Of a stretch of 64,000 bases of DNA, positions 13,921-28,395 are shown piece after piece. The stretch is from Anthoceros angustus (lineage: Eukaryota > Plantae > Anthocerotophyta). Made by a program: the position numbers and the translations under genes. Within the stretch, counting starts at the first letter, position 1. Each line of letters begins with the position of its first letter. Where the stretch lies: positions 806,001 to 870,000 of the forward strand of contig MU008161.1 of the NCBI GenBank assembly GCA_010909165.1, read 5' to 3'. The notes under the pieces were generated by a model that worked only from the letters and a program-made list of their open reading frames with translations, was not told the origin of the DNA and made no database searches.

Positions 13921-16900
13921 ATGGATGCAGAATTGTTGGCACTGCAGAAGCTGTTCGCAGCAGCGCAGGAGGCTAAGTCGACTGCAAGGCTATCTGAGCG
14001 GAACGTTGTTGAGCTGGTTACGAAGCTTCAACAGCTGAAGCTGCTGGATTCGGATTTGTTGTACACTCTATCGGGGAAGGAATACCTGACGCAGGTACTT
14101 GGTGGTGGTTGTACTGCATGGAAGTCACGATATGGAGGGATTTTGGGGCGTGAGATGATCGCGGTTGAGGGATGTCTCGATTGGAAAACACTTCTGACTG
14201 ACTACTGGGAAGAGCTGTTTGCTGCACATGTTTTGAGATGCAAGTCCTGCCCTCTGTTGAAATGACTCTTTTGGGTTTTTGCAGCAACAACTCAAAAAGG
14301 AGGTGGAAGGAGAAGTCAAGCGGCTTGGTCGCGTGTCGTTGGTTGATCTGGCAGCCACCTTAGGCGTTGACCTGTATCATGTGGAGAAGCAGGCTGAGCT
14401 TGTGGTGGCTAGCAATCCTGATCTGTCATTAACACAAGGCGAGGTCTTGTCCTCCTCATTTTGGGACAATCTAGCAGAAGATGTCAACGAGACATTACAA
14501 GAAGCTGGGCACATCCCTCTGGTAGACCTCGCCAAACGTTTTAGTGTTGGGGCTGAGCTCTTGTCTTCTGCGTTGGAACCACGTTTGGGCAAACTGGTAC
14601 GCGTTCTTCTGCTTTTTCCACATGGATGGCTCGTGTTGTCCTACGTTTTCTCTAATTGTGGGCCGACTGATCTCTAGACTCATTTTGCTCAGCGACGCAG
14701 ATAAACGGCAAACTTGAAGGTGGTCAGCTGTTCACTCCTGCCTTTGTTTCCCGTGTTCGAGCTATGGTCCGAGGCTCTGTTAGAGCTCTGACAGTGCCAA
14801 CCCCTTTATCCACAATTTGGGCATGTGTCCAACAAGAGCTCCGAGACGGAGACAGATCTGATGGAGGAGCTCTTGGAGAGGGTGGTCTGTTCCACTCTTT
14901 GCTCAATGGTCTGGTTGATGCTGGGGAAATTTTGGGAACGCTTCGTGGAGGTGGGGCATCTTGGACACCTTTGGTGAGGACTAGTTCTTAGGTCAAGAAC
15001 TGTAATATCTCCTTCTAATGTATGTTTCATGCAAGGCACTTCCCTGGCGGAAACTTAGAATTGTTGCTCATTTTACTATGATATGGTCCCTGTCTTCATG
15101 TCCCACGTTTCCTGATCCTGCAGGTGTTCTCCAAATCGCAACGAGATAGTATTGGCACTTTCTTTTCACAGGTCAGTACCAATCAATTATAAGTGTTGGT
15201 TGCACCAATATTTGCTTTCTGTAAGTTCCCTTACCCTAAAGAGGGTGTTTGTAAGGAATATGCTGTCTCATTGTTTGTCTAAGGTGTCCCACTGATGATA
15301 TGGAAACAGAATGGCTACATCGGTTATGATGTACTACGGAAACTGGCTGTACCCCAACCAAAACCTTATTTACAGGTCTACTGTTTCTTGTGGAACTTCT
15401 TTTCGCTTTTGGGGCCGATGGCTTTAGACCAATGAATGAAATTGGTCCTTGTGCATGCCGACAGACTATTTTTCCAGAAGGCGTTGCCTTACATTCTGTG
15501 TTTGTGCACCCAACATTCATCAATGTAATAGACGCCGCAGCGGAAGAAGCTGTGAATGGAGGTGGATGGTAGGTATACAATGCAGTGCACCTCAAGTTTT
15601 CTGAAGTAGTCTGAATTTTGTTGGCTCTTGTTTTATTCTGGGAGTTGGTTGCAGGTTTGATGCACTTCCTTTGGTGCCGTCATCCTTTGGGACATCCGAT
15701 GCCGCAAAGTTGTTGTCTGTATGTCCATCTGTGCAAAGAGCACAGAAAGTAAGTAGTTGATATCACAATGCTAGTGGATTCTGAACATTCTTGCAGCAAG
15801 CCTCAGCTCAATCTAACTGCTTCCAATTATAACTTTTGCAGGAAGGAAGTGCAGAAATAATGGCTGACACTTGTGTTGTGAGCAGCATTTTCATTAAGGT
15901 GATGTGGAGTCCTTAAAGAGCCGTCGCATTTAAGGCGCTCCAGCTCTTGTTTGACTCTCCATGTAGAATTACACCTGCTCGGACATGACGTACCTTTAAA
16001 GCTCACTTTCCTGTGTCCTCTCGCTTGCAGGGTTTATTGGAAAAGTTTGAAGAGGAGGTCAGGAAAATGGCTCACCTTAGACTGGCAGCCGCGCAGCCCT
16101 TGGCAGAAGCTGCTGAAAATGGTAGCTCTCACCATGACATGGATAGGGAGGATGTTCAAAATGACAAGAGCAGTAGACAAAGTAGGGGAAAGGCCACACA
16201 TTGTACACCGAAATCAAAGGTCACAGCAGATAGTAAGGTAGAGGAAGGTGGCAAAGCAGCTAAAGGGCGAAAGAAAGGAAAGGCTAAAGGGGGTCCAGTC
16301 AAAAAAGAGGATGGAGAATTAGGTGTCGCAGATAGCTCTGTACCATCCAGATCAACGCTTGAAGAGGAAGCCGCTATTCCCTCTGCGGAAAAAATTGCAG
16401 GGAAGTTAGTGGAATGGTATCCTGACATGGAAACTGCTGGAGCAGGTAGTATCACTCTTCAGACACCTCCCTCTTGAAGTCATGTTCAACTATTGATGTG
16501 TGCCACTGATTCCTGAACTTTTGTGATTGGGGTCCAGATGATGCGGATTCGGGTTATCTGTCCAGCGTCCTGGCTTCTTGGCTAAGGCCAAAACTCGTGT
16601 CATCCTGGCTAGCAATTAAGCGTGCTATTTTCACTGCACGGGCTGATGAGAGAAGACGCAGTCTGGATTCTTTACAGCAGAAGATTGGGGAGGTAACTCA
16701 TGGTTTCAGCATGTCCTGCAGTACATGCTTGTGGTTGTGTTGGGTCTTGTTCAAAATTGGTGGTTGTGCAGATTCAAAGTTCACGAATACCACCAGAATT
16801 TTGTTGATTCAATTATGGAATTTCGCATGCATGCAGGCCTACGCTAGTCTGCAGCTGTATTCGAAGGCAATAGAGCTGTTTGAAGATGACAAGACCATAT

Positions 16901-18429
16901 CTGTAAGGTTCTCAGATGTGGATCACTGACTTCATTGGAAGCCTATGGAAAGTGGTCAAGCATTTGATTCCCTGTGTCCTCATTGCCTTATTCTTGATAG
17001 CCTTTCACTGTAATGATTGTCAGGTCGTTTTGCAAAGGCACTTGTTACGGACTGTTGCTTCTGAGATTGCCGACATGTTTTTGACGACTCAGGTTTTCCA
17101 TCCTCAGTCGACTGTCATCAATTTTTCTGCATTTGTCTGCAAGGTTCAGTATTGCTGTAGGATATTTCTGTGCCAAATTGCAATGTGGGTGGCAGGTCTT
17201 GGAGAAAAAATTGGACCAGGGAGAAGCAGCTCAATTATCTGAGTTTTCACAGCCTTTAAGCACGTCTCAGCGATTATTTATGGTTTGTACGAAGCGTTTA
17301 GCACAATTTGTCACCCATTGGCATTCTGCGATGTACAGTTGTTTGAGTTCTGAAAACCTGGACTGCGGTCCCATGTACTGTGGTGCAGGCAAAGACCCTG
17401 TCCACCTCTTCACTTTCAAGGGCAGCAACCTCAATGGCGGAAGCTTTGGAAGGGAAGGTGAGATGGCTCGCAATCTTTATCGGTGTTACCGTTACATTCA
17501 GTGGTGTTCCACAGGTTATTGAAATGGAGTCACTCTTTCTTCTCACAGGATGTTGATGCTTTTGATGCAAGCTTGGAAGAAGTTATGAGGGAGAGGTAAA
17601 GTAACTTGGAAATAGCTTGATATTGGCGCAAAAGGAATAGATTTTACGGCCTTCTAATCACTAGCCTTGATGTAGTGGTCTCCGGCTAAAGAAGATGGAC
17701 AAGAAGGGAGAAAGAGCATTGCTGCATTCCTATGGCAAGGTTGGAACACGTTTGGTCCGCGCCACAATTCAAGTACTAAATCAAATGTGAACCTCCTTGC
17801 TGATACGATCCGTTTTACTGAGTGGCCTCAGGTCCTTCAACAGCAAGTTGAGGGCGAAACGGATCCTGTCGCTTTGCTCCCCAAGGTTGTGGGTCTTCTC
17901 TTCATCCAGGCAAGTTCCTATGGTGCCGGTTGTAGCGAGTCTCTGATCTTTGATCCACATGGTATCGGCTATGACACTGCATAAGCAACATGCAGGTCCA
18001 CAACAAGGCTTTGCAGGCACCAGGCAGGGCTATTGCTGCAGCAATAACTCGCCTAGAGGTTAGTGTTTGCATTCACATCCATCCCATCGTGGACAGAACT
18101 TGCTGCATCTAAATGCCACCGTTATACCCCTTTCCAGAAGAGCATCCCAGAGAACTCGTTCAGCGCCATTCAAGAGTACCACGGAGACATTGTCCGCTTT
18201 CTTTCCATGATTACATCAAGTGTAAGTGCCCCATTCACCCTGTTGTGTACCATCACGTCAGCTGACACAAACGTGCTAATAGATTTGTTCACAAACTGGA
18301 CAGGACGATCCTGACACGTTGGAACAATTGGAAGTAGAGCGAACTGCATTGAGAACTAAAATGGACAATGTGAAAGCTCTTGTTGTCTCGAGCGTTGGTA
18401 AATCCGCGTCATCTAGCAGCAGAGCTTAG
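13921..18429 (+). CDS. UFL1: E3 UFM1-protein ligase 1 homolog (multi-exon)
   Basis: MDAELLALQKLFAAAQEAKSTARLSERNVVELVTKLQQL...GKEYLTQ; GRVSLVDLAATLGVDLYHVEKQA; KLEGGQLFTPAFVSRVRAMVRG; AEALEGK; DPVALLPKVVGLLFIQ; VHNKALQAPGRAIAAAI. About 18 exons with canonical splice sites and one GC-AG intron (donor 17910). Stop TAG at 18427-18429. Confidence 0.93.
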
Positions 18430-19353
18430 AACAGATCAAACACTCATTGATAACTATAACCTGGCCACGTTCAGTGTAACGGAAACACCTACGGTGAGCT
18501 TTTAAGAAACATCCACAGCATGAAAGACCAGACCGTCCGAGATAACCCCAGGAGTTTATCAGCCCATTTCAACGAAATATTTTTTATATGGTTATTAGAT
18601 AAGATAGTTAATTTCTACCAACGCTCTCAACAATAGTTACGAGGTTGCTCTCCTCTACTTCTACATGTGCCTGAAAAAACTTTGACCTCAACGACCTCTG
18701 CACGCAACATAACGATCTCGCTCACACCGAGCAATGGTCAGGAAGCCGAGGATCTTTCGTTGGCTCTTTCCTTGGTTAGGGCTCCACTTCGCATGTAACT
18801 TGACTTAGGCCGGTAAAGAAGTCGGACAGGGTTTGGGTTTGAACTTCACGCTCGATGACTTGAAAGGTTTCCTGAACCAGCCGCTTCCTTGCCCCAACGC
18901 ACATTAGAGAGTGTTGTTGCTACGACCCGCTGCTAGCAAGGCACGAAGTAGAGGAGGGAGATCTTCATCGGCTGGGATGTTGAGCCTATATATCACTACA
19001 AGAGGAAGCGCCCTTTCACAACACATTTCACAATGCATTTTACTATGTGACGTTATAAAATGATCGCCTGATGCGTTGTGGGAGATGAAGCTTCATAACC
19101 TTGCAAAAAGTGGTAACATGGACGGATTGTTTTTTTTTTAATTTGGTATTTTGAAGATAATTCAAAACAAACTCGGGAGAGAAATCTTCAGCAAGGGTTT
19201 CTGATTCGCCTATGTTATACATCGTATTATCGCAATAGAAAGAGACTATACTCTTCCCAAGGTCATATAAATACGTGCTTACATACCATCGCAAGTTATG
19301 TGGGACTCGGGAAAAGCTCCCTCACCCTCTAAAACTCCCCACCACTACCATTG

Positions 19354-19504
19354 CCGAAAATAAGGGCTGCCATACATTGCTATGTCCGCTCCGAAAATAA
19401 GGCCTGCCATACATTGCTATGTCTCGCTCCGAAAATAAGGGCTGCCATACATTGCTATGTCTGCTCCGAAAATAAGGGCTGCCATACATTGCTATGTCTG
19501 CTCC
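19354..19504. repeat. Tandem repeat, 37-38-bp unit, 4 near-identical copies
   Basis: ccgaaaataagg(g/c)ctgccatacattgctatgtc(c/t)gct at 19354, 19391, 19429 and 19466, with no spacers. Confidence 0.95.
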
Positions 19505-20862
19505 AACATGGACGGATTGATCACAAGGATCCACATCACCATGCACAATGGTAGGATAACATGACAGCACTTGCCACATCATCTATCCGTACATCAGCAG
19601 CTGGCATGGCGGATTACATTGACCACGTCTCATGACATGGCGCAATTTGATTGATCATTGTCAAGTTGATGTAGCTCATTTTCATTGATTACTTTTTTTT
19701 GGATGATGTGGCGCATTTTCATTGGCTCACGGTTGGTGACGTGTCCCATTATATGTTGTCTCACTAGAAGAGGCAGATATAGACTGTTATTTGTTGAGAG
19801 TTTTCGCCGCCCCTTATCTTATTCTCGTACCATGGGATTGTGACCCCTTCCATTCAGTTTCCACATGCCGTGACGAACTACCTGCATTTGTAGTCATATG
19901 AGTTGTACTTACGAAGTTATTTGAATATTATGAAATCAGCCTATTTGCTGTAGTTAATTGAAAATTTTCATGTCGAAGCTTCGAAGGAACGTTCCCATTG
20001 TTGTTTTTAGACAAAAAAGTATGTAGGTGCTAGTTCAACTCACATTCATAATCCTCAACTCATAATTAACACTTGTGCTTACGATCCTTTTTTATAGTGA
20101 AATTGTGCTTGCAATTCTTCACTTTATGTTATGGCCCTCCTACGAGCAACAAGGCATCTTTGTCCTCATACTCCTCAATTTGCAGGGACAAGCTCTCCAA
20201 TATTCTCTCCACAAAAACATTAGAATTGAGGATTTAAGGACCAACAATATAACCCATAGAGAAAAATTTGGTATGCAAGAAATATGGTATAATTTTTATA
20301 TTCCCTTTGGCAGTACACTAGAACGTATCTTTTCGTGGTTTGCATTCAATGAATCAATGAATTAAAGGAGTGGTCTCACACGAGAGAATCCGGCATGCCC
20401 AAACAAAAAGGAGAAAAAGAACTACGTGATGGGATAGACAATATGGATTCATTGCAAAGAATTACATCGAAAAATCTACAATGCATTGAAATTAATGTAT
20501 CCAGAAAATATCAATTATTTTTTCTTTTAAAGATGGTATACAAGGTAGGTAGCCCGAGGGAGAAGTCATACAAAGTGAATAGGGTGAATGGAGATAAAAC
20601 TATATAAAAAAAGAATAATAAAAGCTGTATTAGAGCGAGAAAATAAGGTTGTGTGCAAGTAGTGTATCCTTTCGTAACCCTGCGGAGACGCCACCTGCAA
20701 ATTGAGCTAGCGGTGTCGTTAGTGTCCATGGCGGGGCTTCGAGGACCTTGAATATAGGGACAAAGCACAGAGCGGAGCAGTGTCGTTTTCCTAACGAGCT
20801 TAAGGGGGAAATCTGAAGTCGGCTAACGGAGGCCGTGGTAAGCAGTCTCAAGGGTGACGAAA

Positions 20863-23800
20863 ATGGGGAAGAACGGAGGAGCTGCAGCTCCCGTGGTGCC
20901 AGCCGTTCCTATATCATGCCAGGTCAAGTGTGGGGGATGCTCGCGGGTGCTCAATGTGCCGGCAGGGATTTTCGATTTTCAGTGCCCCAAATGCAAGCTT
21001 GCGCAGGCTCTTCCCCCGGTGTTGCGCCAGCAGGCGCAGCAGGGAGGTGCTCGGGGAATTGATGCATCCAAAATTCAGCTCCCCTGCGCAAACTGTAGAG
21101 CCATCTTGAACGTGCCACCGGGGCTCACTCGGTTCGTGTGCCCGCAATGTCGTGTGGAGTTGGCGGTGGACCCTTCCAAGCTGCAGAACTACATGACCAG
21201 TCTAGCGCAGTTGAATTACATGAATGCGCAGAACCCTGGAATTTTGAGCTCTTCAGGGAATGCCAGCAGCATTGCGGACGACGCCATTGCCCGGATCCCT
21301 CACTTCACTGGACTTGCTGGTTTCCAAGAAGAAGTGAACGAGGTACATCCATGTAACAAACTAGCACTCCTGAATGCAGTGTTATCTGGTGTGGGATGTG
21401 GCTGTTGGGCCTGTACCTCTGGACCGTGGAATAAGCTCGGGCAAGTGCCAAGTTACCACGAAGATGAAAGAGGTTCATGTCGAACAGGCCTGCCAGCAGA
21501 CCGCGGGCTGTGGTGTTATGTGTTTAGCGGCTGCAGCCCCTACTCTGACGGGTGACTTGTTACAGGTAGCTTTGGAGGTGGAGCAGGAGGAGGATGAGGG
21601 CGGGACATCTGGTGACACTTTCACCGATTATGTACGTACCTCTCCTCATTTGCCCTCTAGATGATGCACGACGTAAGTAACAGTGTCGGTTCTCCTCTCT
21701 CAATTTTTGAATTCTCCCGCACTGAATTCGTCGTTGCTGTGCCTGCAGCGTCCCTCGAAACTTTCGCTGGGGCCTCCACATCCAGACGCTATTGTTGAAA
21801 CGGCATCTTTATCAGCTGTGCAGCCTCCCGAGCCGAAATATGTTCCAAAGATAGCAGAGGAGAAGAATGTCGCGTTGTCTTGCTTACAACTGGAAACGAT
21901 TGTCTACGCCTCACAGGTGAGGGGGAACTTATTTGTATCATCATGGTTGGGCAGAATTTTATCCTCCGTTACTGAGCAGGATGGTGCAGAGACATGATCA
22001 CCATTTATCAGACGGTTCACGATCGGGGTTTTTCCTGGGCGATGGAGCTGGTGTGGGAAAAGGCAGAACGATTGCAGGACTGATATGGGAAAATTGGCAC
22101 CATGGCAGGAGAAAATCTTTGTAAGTTGATAGAAAAGTCCAACCATACATCCGATGGTGAGAGGCAAAAGTTTCAAAGTTCAGGAGCCACCGTCTAGTCA
22201 GATGAATTTCCTCACAAGTATGTTGTCACTGTATGCAGATGGTTGTCTGTTGGATCGGACCTTAAATATGATGCTCGGCGGGATTTAGATGATGTGGGAG
22301 CGAAAGAGGTGGAAGGTGAGCAGTTTGTGTGAGGAGCGGTGTTGGTGTGATACACCTTTTTTTTTTGTTTTTGCACAGTTGATCTTTGTTTTGTGCTGCA
22401 ATTCGCATTGATGATTCTGGACCTCAATGTGAGACCGAGCAAGACTATTAATTTTCCAAGCGTGACAATGTGTTGCATTACTCTTTCACTGCACATGCAG
22501 TTCATGCTCTCAATAAATATTCGTATGCAAAGCTGGACTCCAAGTCTATAGGTCTGAAGGAGGGTGTGATCTTCCTCACATATAGCAGCCTGATAGCCTC
22601 AGCGGATAGTGGTCGTACACGGCTCCATCAGCTGGTGCAGTGGTTTGGTGGGCAATATGATGGTCTAATAGTCTTCGATGAGGTAAGAAATTAGAGTTAC
22701 AGTCCATCTGTAAGTCTGGAGTAACTTGCTGCAGCCTTGTTCGACACTATGATGCATGAGAGTCACTAAAGTTTGGTCTCTTCCTTTTTGGAGGGCTGTG
22801 TAGTGTCACAAGGCGAAAAATCTTATCCCTGAAGCTGGAGGGCAGGCAACGAGAACAGGCGAAGCTGTTCTTGAACTTCAGGTATGTTGTGCTGTGTGAC
22901 AAGCTTTTGTTGGTGCGTGCGAAGCAGTCTGTGAACCTACTTCGTGCCTGTCTTTTTAATGGTAAGCAGAATAGGTTGCCACAAGCACGGGTTGTCTACT
23001 GTTCTGCAACTGGAGCGTCAGAACCTCGCAACATGGGATACATGGCCCGTTTAGGATTGTGGGGAACTGGAACAGATTTCCCCAATTTCCAGGCTTTTCT
23101 GGGTAAGTTTAGTATACTTTAGTCAAAATGATCTTCAAGTGGCCCAGGACCGCTTGTGTCAACGTTGTTGATGTGTGGTTTGCGTTAAAGCTTTCCATCT
23201 CTAACCAACTGCTCTCCTTCCGTGGAGTTACAGCTGTGGAATTACAGTTTAGTTGTATTCTTAGAGAGGCCTGCATGCCTTCCTGTGATAGTAAACCTCC
23301 TTCCTGTGAAGCTCTCAACCTCGCACCCAGAATGTATAGTTGGACAATGACTTGTTTAAAATCAGGGGCTCTTGAGAAACGAGGAGTAGGAGCATTGGAG
23401 CTTGTCGCTATGGACATGAAGGCCAGGTTAGCCATTGCTTGTGTGAGACAATAGAATGCTATGTCAGATGTCTGCCAGGAGTAGCAACCAAATAGGTGTT
23501 GTAGGCAGTGACGTGTGGGAGCTGGGAGGACTGTATCCATTTCAGGTTGTAGAATGGGTTTTCACCAACTCATAAGCTCAGGCTTTGCAATTTTGGACTG
23601 CTATTGGTTCCGGTCATGTTAGGAACTCTTAGATCTGGCCTTATCTTGACCCATCATGTGTATCTGCAGGGGCATGTATGTGTGTCGAACTCTGAGCTTC
23701 AAGGGTGCGGAGTTTGATATCAGCGAAGTGCCTCTAGAGCCTCCAATGGAGGTCAGCAGCTCATTTTTGCCTCCTGACAAAGTTGCCAATCGAATTCAAG

Positions 23801-26800
23801 ACTCAACCAACTGATTTATCAATTCCAGGAAATGTACTTGCATGCCGTCAGAGTCTGGTCTGAGCTACGCGTTCACCTGTTGGCTGCTATGGATGCTGTT
23901 CCTGAAAAGAAAAGTAGACCAAGTCAGAGTCAGTTATGGCGTTTATACTGGGCAAGTCATCAGGTACGTACTGACTGGTGCTTGTAGATGGTATAAGAAA
24001 TCGAACCGTGCAGTGCACCACCAGGGTTTGATGCTTTCTCATGTACGGACTATGAAATGCAATGTAGAGATTTTTCCGGCACATGTGCATGGCTGCCAAA
24101 GTCCCTGCTGCAGTGAATCTGGCAAGGCAAGCACTTGAAGAAGGTAAGTGTGTGGTGATCGGCCTTCAAAGTACAGGCGAAGCTCGAACTGAAGAAGTTA
24201 TCACCAAACAGGTACCACTTTACTTTTGAGCTACTTCGTGCATGTTTGCACACCCCTGAGAACATGACCCTCTGGTGCCCATGCTTCTTGTATTCGTTCC
24301 TTTAGTAAAGTGGTCAGTTCCCCAGGGTGTCGAACTGGATGATTTTATTTCTGGACCGAGGGAGCTCCTGCTGAAGTTGGTTGATGAGCACTATCCTCTG
24401 CCTGAGGAGCCAAGGTACAAACCCTCTGGTATGTCTATTGGGAACGTATGCCAGTTGCAACCCTGCTGGATTCTTCCTCCAAGAAGTCTCTCCATACAAA
24501 TTTTCTTTCCAGATGCTTTCAAAGTATGCTCTCATAGCATGCTTTAACATATGCTTTGTACACAGGTGACGAGATTTCAAAGACAGATCTACCAGAGAAA
24601 CGAGCAGTGGGTAGTGCAAGTTTGTCTGGCAAGGGGAAATCAACAAAAGCAGGCCTCCCAGAGAATGTTAATGAAGAAGTTACTGATGAGGAGGATGATG
24701 ATGAAAGTATGCTCTGAACTCCTGTATGGCATGGTGTGGGATTGGCTTTGCATCTATTGAGTTCAACAGGGTCTTGTGCTGCGTGATTTGGACATTGACG
24801 AGGGAGGAGGAGGATGATATTGTGAATTGTTCTCTGAACTCTTGTACTGGATGTAGGATTAGTCGTGCATTTATCTTGTTTCACTATGTGCAGCTGAGTC
24901 AGACATTGAACATGGAGAGAGTGATGACGACGGTAGAATCTGTGTTGTCTGCCAGAAAGAAGATGTAACTGCTGTAAGTGTTTCATCAGGCTGTCATTGC
25001 TGAGTGTGTCCTGTAGCCTTTACTCTTCCAGATAGCAAACGAGAAATGATTCAATCTACTTTTGTATTTCAGGAAGGGCAGGAAACAATTCAGTGTTTTC
25101 AGTGTGGCATGGGCTTTCACACTTTCTGTCTCAGGCCTTGTCCAATGGAACCAATCTCTGACAGTTGGGTGTGTTTCAACTGCGAGGAGAAAAATGCAGA
25201 ATTTCACCAGGTTCAAAAAGAATTGTGGCGCAGGCAAGTGTAGAAGCACTTTTGTTTTTCTGGTTAGTGGAACAACACGTCTGTGGTGATCTTATAGGAT
25301 TTTTCTCCAGATACGATGAGGCCAAGGAGCGGAAGCGTCTGATTCTTGAAGTCATAAAAGGAATGGGTCTACCAAATAATCCTCTTGATGACATTATTGA
25401 TCAGGTCTGATAAGAAAAGAGAAATTTCACGAAAATGCCATGTGGACTGTTGTTTGCGTTTCTCTTTTCAGAGTGCACTGGTCCCTAACAAAGTCAATGT
25501 GTAGCTTGGTGGCCCAGATGCTGTTGCTGAGATGTCTGGCAGGCGTGGGATGCTGGTGAGAGCAACAAAAGGGAAGGGTGTCGTCTACCAAGTTCGGAAT
25601 ACGTGCGCTCTTTCACCTTATACTCTTGCTTTCCGGTTTCTTGACTACTATTCTGGAGGATACGGTTTCTGAGTGAAGACGGTGGGTAACAGGAAGGAAG
25701 TGTCAATGGAGATGATAAACATTAATGAGAAACAGCAGTTTATGGATGAAAAGAAACTTGTTGCTGTGATTTCTGAGGCAGCATCTGCTGGTGTATCACT
25801 TCAAGCTGATAGGCGCGCTCGCAATCAGGTCTGCTTCTCGATTTTGGATTACTTGACGCACAGCAAATGTTAGAATCTAACGGCACGAGTGCTGTCATTC
25901 GTGTTATCATTGGAATGGACGTACAGCATTGTGAGAGCTAGACTTGATGCTAACGCTTGAGGCTTGGCTGCTGTGTAGAGGAGACGAGTGCACATTACAC
26001 TTGAGCTTCCGTGGAGTGCTGATCGTGCCATTCAGCAATTTGGCAGAACGCATCGCTCAAATCAAACCTCTGCTCCTCAGTACAGGTATCTGTGCGGCAC
26101 TTGTCCTGGAATTTTAGCATCAAAGAAGATGTAGGATATTATAGCCCGCCTTACTGAATATTTGAATGTCAGTATCTATTTCTGTAGAACAAAGTTGTTT
26201 TCCCGTTCGTTTGCAGATTGCTTTTTACAACTCTTGGAGGAGAAAAAAGATTTGCGTCAATAGTGGCTAAACGCCTAGAAACACTGGGAGCATTAACACA
26301 GGGTGACAGAAGGTCTTTCTTCGATTGTCTTTCTGCAGCCGCTTTTGTTGGTTGCATTCTAGTTCTGATGCGCACTTCTGTTAACAGATCTGCTGGTCCA
26401 TCTTTGAGTGCATTCAACTATGATAGTCCATATGGAAAGAAAGCCTTGACAGTGATGTACAAGGCAATAATGGAGCAGGTGCTTACTTCTTTCATCTTCT
26501 GATCATGAAATGAAATCTACAGTGGGGCTGTGAATTTTATTTTACTGAGCACTGCTTCTGCTTGCTGCGTCTACAGGCGGTATGTCCCACTGCACCACCT
26601 GAGTGCACGGGTCCAGACACAGAGGATGCAAGGAAATTCTACCAGGATATGAGAGAAGCTCTTTTGACGGTCGGGATCATTAGAGATGCTGGTTTGTTCA
26701 TTTCTTAAGTTATGGTCCAGTTGTATGTGGTTCGCTGCAGCGTCGCATGTTTCATCACCAAAAGGTTTGTTTCTGGTGGGCGGTTGACTTCCGGTTTTTG

Positions 26801-28395
26801 TGCCTTATTTCATCTGTGCAGGCTATCCATCGGGAGGAAAAGGTAATAAGCATTTCGGACGAATTCTGGAGACTGATATGCACGATGTTGGGCGCTTTCT
26901 CAATCGTGCCCTTGGTCTACCTCCAGAGCGCCAGAATCGGTGCGTGTAATAATTGGGCCACGCATGCAAAGGAATTATACCACATGCCCTTAACATTTTG
27001 CTGTACTGCAGGCTTTTTGAGTTCTTTGTTACCATCTTTGATTACTTGGTGCACAATGCGCGAAAAGTTGGACAGTTTGATTCTGGAATTGTCGACATCC
27101 AAGCTAATCGCGTAGCACTGCATGAGCAGCCCCGGGTACGGTCTGTTACTTCAGTTTTGCCTTTGATTCGGTCTTCATATTCTGTACCTGTTGGTGACTG
27201 AAGCTGTTATTATCCAGACCTTTCACGTGGATCCATTGTCCGGAGCCCCGACGACTTTGTTTGTACTCGAGATTGACCGAGGTCTCACATGGAAGGTTTG
27301 TTTCCGCTGATTTCCTTGTATGCTTTCAGTCACGACTTGCATGGCAGGTGGTCTAAGCTGATTGAGATTTTCAGATAGCCAGCCAAATCTTGAACGATAA
27401 TCTTGGGGAAGGACACAGTCCAGTTAATGGCTTCTACCAGTCTATTCGTCAGTGCCTTGGCAGATATCATCACTTGCTGGCAATTGAAAGGTTAGGCGGT
27501 GTGATGACTTGGTGATGACCTGGTCTCTCGTCTCAAACACTTGGTGATGACTTGCTGGTGGTTTGTATTTGGAAGGCCTGGATCAAGAACAGGCGTGCGA
27601 ATCTTCCGTCCACAAAGTGGCGAAGCTCCCAGGTTGTGTCAACATTCTCTCGTTTAGCCTCTATTAGTCTGCATCGTGCTTTACCTGGACTGCCAGAATT
27701 GGTGCACCCAGTAGCCATCGATAGGTGGCATTTCTGGACAAGTAAGTGTTTGGAGCTTATCCTAGCCAGCTGTGCAGAGAAATGCCTTTGGCCGAGTTCA
27801 ACTCGAAGTACAGGAAGACTACATCGCTTGAGTCAGCCGAAGCTGGCTGGATGGGGGACTACGAAATCACTGCAAACCAGGTTTGTAACAGGATGATTAA
27901 GCTTACGTTGCATGGAGTGAGGTTGTGCAAGGGGTTGCTGACGCGTGTCTGCCTACAGTGCATGCATGGTCCCAAGTGCAAAGTTGGTGTCGCCTGCACC
28001 GTTGGGAAAAGGATACAGATTATGCACATAATAGGTGGCTTAATTCTTCCTGTGTGGGGAACCGTCGAGAAGGCGCTTGCAACCCAGGTGAGTTGTGATG
28101 AGCCGTCCCCGATCGTTTATGGGCCTGGTGACTTTTGTATGTTTGCTGAATTAACCTCTTCTTTGCAGGCTAAAGCTATTCATCAGAGATTGCGTGTCGT
28201 TAGAGTTGAGACTAGCACGAACAAGCAGCGAATTGTTGGCCTCCACATTCCCAACGCGGCTGTTCCAACTGTGCGGCAAGGTGCGGCCGGTCTCTGGTTG
28301 TCGTCGATCCTGTTTCAGTCTGGATGCCACCTTTCCTGGTTGACTTTATATTCATTGTCTCAGGCCTCGACGCTCTTCAAGTACCTCACGACTGA
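20863..28395 (+). CDS. FGT1: Strawberry notch family protein FORGETTER1/EMB1135 (N-terminal zinc ribbons, SF2-like ATPase, PHD finger, helicase-C), about 30 exons
   Basis: [81 protein letters not shown]|[45 protein letters not shown] ([25 protein letters not shown]), [30 protein letters not shown]. The last exon [10 protein letters not shown] (28364-28395) is my preferred reading; an alternative terminal exon could end near 28808. Confidence 0.95.

Noticed and set aside
19354-19504. 37-bp repeats (and the 33725-34085 array) as CRISPR arrays
   Set aside because: There are no unique spacers and no cas genes, and the context is eukaryotic.
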